A stretch of DNA of 52,624 nucleotides from NCBI GenBank assembly GCA_016932045.1, contig JAFGDO010000011.1, positions 71,997 through 124,620 of the forward strand. The letters run 5' to 3'. Position numbers and translations under genes: made by a program. The stretch comes from Candidatus Dojkabacteria bacterium. Its GTDB lineage: Bacteria; Patescibacteriota; Dojkabacteria; JAHIVN01. Shown here one piece after another: positions 37,182 to 45,800 of this stretch (positions within the stretch are counted from its first letter, which is position 1; the number at the start of each line of letters is the position of its first letter). The notes under the pieces are model-generated. The model searched no databases and had not been told where the DNA came from. It saw only the letters and a list, made by a program, of their open reading frames with translations.

Positions 37182-37847
37182 ATGGAAACATTTGTAGACG
37201 CTCGATCACTTCAACATGGAGGTGACATACATGCTGGTATTGCAGCAATGGACCGAACCGAATTTTCAAATGCAATTGCTGGAGCTGATGCTACTGTTAA
37301 TCCCCGAGTTATAAGAGCTACCGAAAGAGCTCATCCATACTTAAGACCAGAATGGAGACCTGGAGAATATCAACAGGAAAGTGCTCAGGAGGCATTTAGA
37401 TATGCGCAGATGTATTCTTGGATTCTAGTTTCAACAGGAAAAGCGCTCTGGGAAGAAATGGAAACATTGGGGATGAGGGTACTAGTTGAAGATCAGTTGC
37501 GAATTGACGTGATGCAGGTTGTTCAAGCCAGTAAGTTAGATTGGCAAACATTAGCAAGTATACACCGGCTTGCCTTAATGTACTTTTATAGTCCTTCTTT
37601 GCATCTTGATTTTACTCACGCTCTTGAACAGACCAGTTATTTCGCTCAAGTCTTGAGACAGGAAATCTTATCGGGCAGAAACAGAAGATATCTTTTAGAT
37701 GATGCTGCTCAACCTGATGGCCATGGGGCTCAGGATATTCAATATTTGATGGCGATGAGGTTTATTACAAAGGCATTTATAGTTGCAGGTAATGAAATGG
37801 TCGATAGAGAATTCGGAAGAGGAAGGAGACATCCTTTTATGATTTAG
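37182..37847 (+). CDS. Lys-poor orphan protein
   Basis: 221-aa ATG ORF with TGTTATAAT upstream. Confidence 0.55.
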   Translation: METFVDARSLQHGGDIHAGIAAMDRTEFSNAIAGADATVNPRVIRATERAHPYLRPEWRPGEYQQESAQEAFRYAQMYSWILVSTGKALWEEMETLGMRVLVEDQLRIDVMQVVQASKLDWQTLASIHRLALMYFYSPSLHLDFTHALEQTSYFAQVLRQEILSGRNRRYLLDDAAQPDGHGAQDIQYLMAMRFITKAFIVAGNEMVDREFGRGRRHPFMI

Positions 37848-37856
37848 GAGAGCGGC

Positions 37857-37885
37857 TTGACATTAGTTTCCCTATGTGATATTTT
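37857..37885 (+). promoter_or_regulatory. Sigma70-type promoter TTGACA-N17-TATTTT with extended TG
   Basis: TTGACA 37857-37862, TG 37877-37878, TATTTT 37880-37885. Confidence 0.45.
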
Positions 37886-37891
37886 GATCTT

Positions 37892-38004
37892 GGTAGATAC
37901 GTGTTGAAAGACTAAAGTATGAGGACGTAATCTTTAGTTCGGGTTCTGATCAGTGATGATCTCTTCCCGGCTCCTCGGATGTAAACATGTGTCTACCATT
38001 TTTT
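37892..38004 (+). ncRNA. Candidate ~113-nt structured small RNA of unknown class
   Basis: A 14-bp terminal stem, GGUAGAUACGUGUU (37892-37905) / AACAUGUGUCUACC (37984-37997), has two G-U pairs, so it is plus-strand specific. Internal hairpins: GACUAAAG...CUUUAGUU and CGGG-UUCU-GAUCA-GUGA-UGAUC-UCUU-CCCG. Followed by the AUUUUUUAUU tract. Confidence 0.35.
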
Positions 38005-38066
38005 ATTGTGAAATGCTGAACTAATTTCGTTACTATTAAGGAAATTAGTACTTCGAATTATTCTAC

Positions 38067-39191
38067 TTATTCCACGCAGTCTTTATTTGTCCCTGCACTT
38101 ACTGCAAAGCAAGCCCCATACTTATCTTTTACAACTACTTTCTCAACATCGTCAAATTTTAAACTTTTTGCTATCGCTTCATATGCCCTTCCTTCGGCTG
38201 ACAAAGTAATTCCAGCCCATGCTCCTTCTCCACCGGGATTAAAAGTCGCAACTATATCTTTACAGAATTCTACAGTTATAGTATTTCCATCTTTCTCAAG
38301 TGTGTAATCTTCCCCATCACAAGTTGAAGAACCGCTAAGTTCAAATGTTGCTATGTAGCCACTAGCTTCTTCTACATCTGTTGGACCAGCAATCAATTGA
38401 TCTAGGGCAAATGAGTAAAGATCTGTCTGTGTAGTAAATCTTTCTACTTCAGCAAATGTGGTGAAATCCTCATAACTTGCGGGATTGGCAAAATATATAC
38501 TAACCGTAGATTGTGATATCTCAATACTATCAAGTACAGGCTTTAATTCGCTTTTTTCAGCTTCTGTTAGTGTACGATCTTGTAAATCTGGGGATACAAA
38601 ATTTATTCCAGCTGTTCCAATAACTTCCCCATCCACATAAAAATATCCATAAGGTATCACATATTTACTTCCATCTGGATTAACATTAAAAATTCTGTAA
38701 AGTTTAACTTCATCACTCTCATATAAAGTTTCTTTATCGCATTGTCCTGATTCGTCCTGACATCCAGCTTGAAAGAGAAAACCTATATAGAACTCTATGT
38801 TTTCAGATCTTAAAGTTGTTGACACCAACCCGGTTTCCCCCTCGCTATGGATACATTCCCAATCTTGAGGTATCTTAAATGATATTTCTACAATTCCGTC
38901 GTCATATACGCACGTTTCCCATCCCTCATACGGATCACTTTCTTTTTCCTCCGTTTCCTGTTCCTCATCCTCTTCTTCTTCCTGATCTTCCGTTTCCTCT
39001 CCCTTGTCCTGAGCTTGTCGAAGGAATAGATAAATTCCCCCTGTTACTCCACCACATATCAGTAGCAGTATTACAATTACTATAACTACATACACAGGCT
39101 TTATTTTCCGAGGTTTTTCCAAGGATTCTGGGGCTTGCTCAGGTGCTTGTGTATTTAGTCCCTCTTTTAAGGGAGTATTTGGTTGATCCAT
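38067..39191 (-). CDS. Single-pass membrane protein with an acidic linker and a possible GerMN-like C-terminal domain
   Basis: TM VYVVIVIVILLLICGGVTGGIYLFL, then a poly-Asp/Glu linker. C-terminal ALDQLIAGPTDVEEASGY resembles the GerMN signature. Confidence 0.55.
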   Translation of the reverse strand: MDQPNTPLKEGLNTQAPEQAPESLEKPRKIKPVYVVIVIVILLLICGGVTGGIYLFLRQAQDKGEETEDQEEEEDEEQETEEKESDPYEGWETCVYDDGIVEISFKIPQDWECIHSEGETGLVSTTLRSENIEFYIGFLFQAGCQDESGQCDKETLYESDEVKLYRIFNVNPDGSKYVIPYGYFYVDGEVIGTAGINFVSPDLQDRTLTEAEKSELKPVLDSIEISQSTVSIYFANPASYEDFTTFAEVERFTTQTDLYSFALDQLIAGPTDVEEASGYIATFELSGSSTCDGEDYTLEKDGNTITVEFCKDIVATFNPGGEGAWAGITLSAEGRAYEAIAKSLKFDDVEKVVVKDKYGACFAVSAGTNKDCVE

Positions 39192-39269
39192 TGTTTGTTA
39201 TCTTATAAATAAAATTCGCATCATTTTGTTACTTACTTCTCCTCAATAACAATCGTATCTATGCCATTT

Positions 39270-40046
39270 TTAATTCATACTTATACTATCTATGAACTTA
39301 TCAATTTCTTCATGATAATCATCAACTTCTGTACCACACCAAGATATCACATAGTAAACTCCATTTACTTCGTAATATATATTATAAAAAGTATAATTGT
39401 ACTCGTCTGTATACTCCACAAAGTATCTATCTTCTCCATCTACTTCCCTTGTGCTGGTAATTACATTTACTGATGGATATTGTTTAAGATATTCGTAATA
39501 CTCTTCGGGTGTATTATATTCGGAAACAAAAACACCAATTGTTATAAGTAAAGGAAGATTCCCCGACTCTGTGGCAGGTATATTTTTTAAAGTAGATATT
39601 CTAGTACAAAAATCTCCATTCTTATCATCATCTGCATACCATTCCGAAGGGTAATAAAATGAAATTTGGCACTCATCATTGTCTATTTTTGTCCACCCTT
39701 CATATAAATTTTCAATATTCTCTTCTTCATTCATTTCCACCTCACTTTCCTCTTCTGTTTCATCTTCTTCTGCATCCTCTTGCTCTCCTGTTTTTTCTTC
39801 CCCAGCTTTCTGATCTTGTTGCTCCTGCTCTTCTTTGTCTTGAGCTTGTCGAATAAACAAATAAATGCCTCCTGCCGCTCCCCCACATATTAGTAGAAGA
39901 ATTACTAATGCAAGAATTATATAAATTGGTTTAATCTTTCGTGTTTTTACTGAAAGTTCTGCAGTCTGAGCAGTAGCTTCAACAGATCCCTGTATTCCTG
40001 TATTTGCTTCATCTGTTAAAGGAGTAGCTGTGTTTTGATCGTCCAT
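39270..40046 (-). CDS. Single-pass membrane protein with an acidic linker (paralogue of 38067-39191)
   Basis: Nearly identical TM plus juxtamembrane segment (RKIKPIYIILALVILLLICGGAAGGIYLFIRQAQDK). Confidence 0.55.
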   Translation of the reverse strand: MDDQNTATPLTDEANTGIQGSVEATAQTAELSVKTRKIKPIYIILALVILLLICGGAAGGIYLFIRQAQDKEEQEQQDQKAGEEKTGEQEDAEEDETEEESEVEMNEEENIENLYEGWTKIDNDECQISFYYPSEWYADDDKNGDFCTRISTLKNIPATESGNLPLLITIGVFVSEYNTPEEYYEYLKQYPSVNVITSTREVDGEDRYFVEYTDEYNYTFYNIYYEVNGVYYVISWCGTEVDDYHEEIDKFIDSISMN

Positions 40047-40147
40047 AGTAGAAAGTAAAAATTAGGTTAACTTCATATACAATTTAACACAAATAGATGG
40101 AGAAAGTAACCTTCAAAGAATCGAGGTAAATAAAATTGATAGTTCCT

Positions 40148-40897
40148 TCACGGTTGATTGATCTTTGATAAATCCCAGGCAGTTATAATTCCAGTGATCT
40201 TTTCAGATGCATCCCCTGTTTTCGTTACAAATAGTACGCCGAGTCGTGGTCTATTCTTATTCTTTAAATCAAAAGAGATGATATGAAACATTTGCTGAAC
40301 CTTGTATACATCCAGATCCTCAGGTACAAATGTCCAGGCGTCTGTAATTGGTTCTTTCACAAGATCAAGTACATCTTTTATCTTTGCTTCCTTCTTAATG
40401 CAGTAATCTTCTCGGACAAGACTACGCTGAGTACCAATAAGATTTGTAATGCAGCTTTCTGAAAAAACGCCAATAAATCCCTCATGAGTCTCTTTATTCT
40501 CAAAAACTGGAACCTGACTGTATACCTTCTCGGCCATTACTTTAATGATACCCAGGATATTGTCATTTAAATCACATCCGAAAACATTTGCTGATGCTAT
40601 ATCTTTTGCTGTTTGTGGATTTTGGATAAGATCAATGATTTGTTCCACTCTTTCAAGAAAAGCATTTGTCGGTACAGCAATAGTGTTCATGTATTTTTCT
40701 TCATGAATGAGTAAGTTGCGTAGATCATGTACTTGAAGAATTTCACTTTTAAGCGAGTCGAAAGATGGGTATTTTTTAAAGAATTTCTGCAGCTTCTGAC
40801 GGAAAGCACCTTTTTCTGGAAACCCTGTTTTCTCTGAAACTATTTCATCAAGCCTGTTATATAGAATTCTAAATTGCTTTAAATTGGAAGTATCCAT
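40148..40897 (-). CDS. HEPN-like N-terminal domain fused to a CBS pair
   Basis: VHDLRNLLIHE fits the HEPN R-x4-H motif at the end of a ~70-aa helical region. Two CBS-like repeats follow (VFGCDLNDNILGIIKVM...VPVFE...FIGVFSES; ...LGVLFVTKTGDASEKITGIITAWDL). Confidence 0.5.
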   Translation of the reverse strand: MDTSNLKQFRILYNRLDEIVSEKTGFPEKGAFRQKLQKFFKKYPSFDSLKSEILQVHDLRNLLIHEEKYMNTIAVPTNAFLERVEQIIDLIQNPQTAKDIASANVFGCDLNDNILGIIKVMAEKVYSQVPVFENKETHEGFIGVFSESCITNLIGTQRSLVREDYCIKKEAKIKDVLDLVKEPITDAWTFVPEDLDVYKVQQMFHIISFDLKNKNRPRLGVLFVTKTGDASEKITGIITAWDLSKINQP

Positions 40898-41188
40898 GTT
40901 GTAGTATTTATAAATAGAACAAGAATTTAAGATTTTATAAATTCAAAATTCTAATATCGAAATCCTAAACAAATTCGAGATTATATTTTTTAAATAAGCT
41001 CGAAATAATAAAAACGAAATTCCAAATAGATTAAATTACCAAAAATAGCTGGTAAAGCTCTTTCGTTTTTATTGATTTACGATTTAGTATTTACTCTTAG
41101 GATAATAATACAATTAATAATGTGGAAGTTGCAAATGGACATAGATGAAAGAAAGGGGGGTATAGGGTAGATATTTGAGAAGCACTTT

Positions 41189-41425
41189 TTAATTATACTG
41201 TTGAATCAAGCTATCAACCTTATTGCGGTTTGCTTCTACGATGATATACTTTGTGTTCTCTTCTTCTACCTTTTTTTCGATAAATCCGAGTTGCGACAGG
41301 CTATCAAGGTGGTGTACTACTTGATTACTTGGAAGGTGGAGCTCATGTTCGAGTTCTCTTAAGCTGCTTCCATGGTCTTTAAGAATCCTGAGAATTTTTA
41401 TACGGGCATTTAAAAGGTCATTCAT
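41189..41425 (-). CDS. Small ArsR-like winged-helix regulator (start revised to 41425)
   Basis: MNDLLNARIKILRILKDHGSSLRELEHELHLPSNQVVHHLDSLSQLGFIEKK. The track ORF extends to 41494 only by reading through a terminator hairpin. Confidence 0.6.
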   Translation of the reverse strand: MNDLLNARIKILRILKDHGSSLRELEHELHLPSNQVVHHLDSLSQLGFIEKKVEEENTKYIIVEANRNKVDSLIQQYN

Positions 41426-41452
41426 TTTATAATATATTAGATAAAATAAGAA

Positions 41453-41482
41453 TAAAAAAAGAGACCTCGTGGGTCTCTTTTC
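41453..41482 (-). terminator. Rho-independent terminator (bidirectional geometry)
   Basis: Minus strand: AAAAGAGACC-CACGA-GGTCTCT followed by TTTTTTTATT. Confidence 0.6.
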
Positions 41483-41857
41483 AGTAACTTGCAAAATCTT
41501 TAATAATGAATAGTCGATAAATATCAGTATGAATTTTTTTTAAATTAACTTTAAATTTTTGTTGAAAAACCTTAAAACTTTTCATTAAGATTTTTTATAG
41601 GTTTTATAAAATTGCGATATTATATAATATCTATATACTCCCTGTCAAGGTGTTGTCAAAACATTTACTACTATAGGAATTTCCGGATACAAAAAATTAT
41701 CACAGGGTTGTTTATAATAAGTTCGTAAAAGTATTATAGGCTCCTTATGCTAAGAGCAAGGCAATACAGAATAACAGCTTTGTTAAGTTTTGTAAAGGGA
41801 AATTTAACTTTTTTATGAGGGAAAGTTTGAAATTCTATAATTATATAAGATTGCCTC

Positions 41858-42202
41858 TCAATGATCCAAATTAAGCTGTGGTCGATACTCTACTAGGGCA
41901 TTTTCTGATACCAGTCCCTTTCCTAATAAAACATTAAGGACGCTATGGGCAAAATCTGGGGATGACCAGCCAGTTAATTCTATTGGAGAACGGGAAGTTG
42001 TTCCAGAATGTATGTAACGTGTTTCATCTGTGATATGAAATCCTTGTCCTGGTGTTCTTAGTTTTCGAAGTTGTGAAGAAAGCAATGCTTCTACGAGAAA
42101 ACTACCTAAGCATGACAGGGCAACTCCGACTTCTGTGCAAAGAGCTTGCAATTCTGCATGTCTTATGTCTTGGGCGGTGGCTGTGGGGGCTATTGCTTCC
42201 AT
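41858..42202 (-). CDS. Lys-poor orphan protein
   Basis: 114-aa ATG ORF. GATATAAT on the minus strand, with TATAAT at 42235-42230. Confidence 0.5.
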   Translation of the reverse strand: MEAIAPTATAQDIRHAELQALCTEVGVALSCLGSFLVEALLSSQLRKLRTPGQGFHITDETRYIHSGTTSRSPIELTGWSSPDFAHSVLNVLLGKGLVSENALVEYRPQLNLDH

Positions 42203-42268
42203 GTTTTAAGCAATTAAGATTATAGTCTTATTATATCTAAAAAAAAACACTAAATTTCAATCGAAAAG

Positions 42269-42841
42269 CTATATGCTTTTCTTAACTTGCTTGCTTACAA
42301 AGGACAAGATACCACTCTGCAGTATGCTTGATTTGTCTGAAGAGTATTTATTCAGCGAGGAGATATTCTCAAGATCTTTGCGTGGAGGTACTTTTGGTTC
42401 TTCATCTGGATAACCCAGTGCTATAAGACCCAATACTTTTATTTCTTTTGGAATATTTAAAACACTCTTTACTCTACTCTCATCAAATGCCCCAACAAAG
42501 CATGTACCAAGACCAAGTGAATATGCTTCAAGCATGATATTTTGACTTGCAAGCGAACCATTTATAACAGCCCATCTGTCTTTTGATTCATCTACACATA
42601 CAACAGTTACTGCTGGAGCATTCTGAACTGGTCCTGAGAATGGCTTATTTGCCAAATCTTTCTTGATACAAGGATCGTTTACAACTATAAAGTGCCATGA
42701 TTGCCTATTTACTGCAGATGGCGCCCAGCGTGCAGCTTCCAGAACTCTGTTGATTAAATCTTGGGAAACTTGTTTATTTTTGTATTTTCGGATACTCCTT
42801 CGCGCTTTGATAATGTTTAGAATGTCTTTTTGATCTTTCAT
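42269..42841 (-). CDS. Nitroreductase family protein
   Basis: IIKARRSIRKYKNKQV...APSAVNRQSWHFIVV...G...ALGYP pattern. Confidence 0.85.
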   Translation of the reverse strand: MKDQKDILNIIKARRSIRKYKNKQVSQDLINRVLEAARWAPSAVNRQSWHFIVVNDPCIKKDLANKPFSGPVQNAPAVTVVCVDESKDRWAVINGSLASQNIMLEAYSLGLGTCFVGAFDESRVKSVLNIPKEIKVLGLIALGYPDEEPKVPPRKDLENISSLNKYSSDKSSILQSGILSFVSKQVKKSI

Positions 42842-42878
42842 GTATACAATTGTACAGAATTATTGGGAGCTTGGGAAG

Positions 42879-45800
42879 CTAATCAGGTTTTGGCAATTGG
42901 CGCTTGTATCTTGGATGCCTTATCCTTCTTAGTACTGTACCTTCAATCTGTCGTATTCTTTCTCTTGTCAAGCCATGTAAAGTAGCTATCTCTTCAAGTG
43001 TGTAAACTTGACCGTCAAGTAGGCCAAATCTTCTAAGAATGATATCTTGATCACGCTCTGAAAGGTGAAGATCGGCGATAATTTCCATTAACTTATCTGC
43101 AAGCAGTGAATGCTCAACTGGAACCAGCGGATTTGAGGTGTCGTCTTCTATTCTATCTGCTATTTCGTCGGCATCGGGTTCATCGCTCAAAGGAGTGCTT
43201 AGTGATATTTCGTCTCGGACCGTCATCGCTTCTATCACCTTTTGGAGAAGTCTCTTGTATCTCTTTAGTACTTCGGGGGGGCAAGGTTCGACTTCGAGCA
43301 TCATACGGTCTTCGTGAGGTAATAGTTCGTGGGTAATCTCTTCAGGAGTAGGCATACGTCCGGGTTGAGCTAATCGTCTCATGGTACTATATACTCTTCT
43401 GTTAAAAGTTTGCCTGTGGACAGGTATCCTGATATTTCGAGAATGATTTGCCATAAATCGGTTGACGTGTTGTACTATCCACCAAGTAGCATATGTAGAC
43501 ACTCTTCCCATAGGGGTAGCACTTCCTTCAATAGTAGGATCAAATCTATCAAGAGCTTTTAATAATCCGAGATAACCTTCTTGTAAGATATCAAGAAATT
43601 CAACTTCTCTATCCGACTTCCAGTATGCTTGCAGGGCAGGAGACCAGGCAAGTCGCATATTCGACCGGAAAAGCCTTGTCTTTGCACTAGTATCCCCGGC
43701 AGCCATTCTGATAAGCAAAATTGTTTCTGCTTCTTGACTCAGCATTGGGTATTCAATAGCTGCTTGCCTTGCTAGTCTATCTAAATCAAGTGCCGGCAAA
43801 TTTGCAGTGTCTGCCATTAGTGCTTCTGTTTCCTTCGATGCTTCTTGAAGTGCCGGCGCAAATGAATCAGGGTCCATAGCATCAACAGAAAGCAGAGGGA
43901 GGTATTTTGAAGGTATCTCGACTGCTCTAACAAAGCCTTCTCCATTAAATATACTAACAACGGAAGTATTTCCTGCTGAAACTACCGTCAAATGCTTTGT
44001 CCATGGCTTTTCTTCTCCTTCTAAATAATCTGCATAACTAAGGAGTTCCATGTGTCTTTCCCAAAAAAAACCGCGAGCCTCGGTAGGCAGAACTCCGCTA
44101 TGTTCTAATTCAAGTCTTAAGGAATGCTTGATTCCAGGTTTAGAAGAAGTTGTGCCGTATAACAGGGTGATAAGAGTCTGAGATTGACCTCTTGTTAGTC
44201 TAGTAACTAGTTCACCCGAAATAGAGAAAACAGCTAGTATGTTTTCTCGAAGATGGTATACTCCTGTCGCAGTTCTAAATTGATGTATGTTTTCGGTTTC
44301 ATCAAGATAAGTTACAACTCTAAAACGACCTAAATTATCTGACATTATATGACCCGGCAGTGGGTAGGGAATGCCTAGTTTTCTTTGAAGACCATCAAGG
44401 GCGTTCCTCACGAGGTATAGTCCCTCTCTTTGGTCGTCAGGCGTAAGAATCTCGGATATCATTTCATTGTAGTGAACCCAACCATGATCGTTCTGTGTAT
44501 TCTGAAGCAAACAATGTAGAGCCTGTGCCTCTGCAGTTGTAAGTTGGACATATCTGTCATGGCCATCAAAAAATTCAACATAAAGTATATTTTTGTCCGC
44601 AATTATAAAACTTCTCACGGATCCGAATGGAGAGTGTGCGTAGAAGACACGGGCCTCTCTCCCTGTGCATTCCCATCTTGCTGGATTCAAGCGGAAAGTT
44701 CTAGTTACATGATCAGGTGAAAAGAGTGGTTGTTCTCTAGCGTCTCTACCAAGTCTGTCTTCAAGTCGATTTAACATATATATAATTTTTTCCCAGGCTG
44801 ATTTGCGATGTTCTTTTGATACTTCGTCAGGATATAACACTTCATATACTCTATCTAGGCGAATAGGATTTCCTTTAGCTCTCAAAAGTATCTCAAGCAG
44901 GCAAAGTTCTCTCTGAGTTAATTGGACTACATTTCTTCCAATGGTTGCAGTTACACGATCTCTATTTAAATGTACGGCATAGGCATCTCCCTGAGGTTCG
45001 CTCAAATATTCCACATCAACTGATTGTTTGCCATGGAGATATTTTAGACTTGCAATAACTGCCAGAAAGGTAAATGCAGAAACTTGTGCTTCAGACATTT
45101 CGTACGCTTTCATTATGTCTGAGGCTTTTAGTCCTGCTGCACGCTTTTCGGCGATTTCCCATGCGTATTGTTCTGCGATGGTCCACCCAGGTCCAGGTCT
45201 TCCACTGAAGTGAAGATGGCGATTCTGCAGGTAGCTTGTCATGTTTAGGCCTGAAAGATTAAGTTCATTCCTGACTTCGGCATAACTTGGAAAGTAATAT
45301 GCGACAACTGAGTGTTCAGTTTGGAGGAAGAATTTAAACATAGAATTTTTTCCGATGCCAATTTCAGAACCTATGGTTCTTATAGCTGCACCCTGTATCC
45401 TTTGTCTTATCGCGAATGATCTTTGACCATAGGGTACTCTTGCAAATACTGGAGCTTGGTGTGGTTTTGCTGCAAGATATCTTGTAAGACAAACACTAAA
45501 TGGTATAGGGTCATGATCTGAGTAAGCAAGTGTTCTGGACCAAAGCCGGTATCTGCAATTACTTTCTTTAAATGCTTCGTTTCCTTGATTTTCTTGACAT
45601 GCGTAATAAAGTACTAGATCTCTGAATTCTCTTCTGAAAGGACATTCTCCATAAAATTCTTGACCTAGTGCGACTCTTCTTAATGCTACAAATTGTGCTA
45701 AGAATTTAGCTTGGGTCATGCCGAGTTCATGAAAATCAGCTATTAGGGCATCAAAATCGTAAGAAGTGTATGCTTCAAGAACGGCAAGCTGTAAAGGATT

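Noticed and set aside
41426-41494. N-terminal 23 residues of track ORF 41189-41494 (MQVTEKRPTRSLFLFLFYLIYYK)
   Set aside because: This stretch reads through a clear terminator hairpin plus T-tract (41453-41482). The ATG at 41425 gives a compact wHTH protein.
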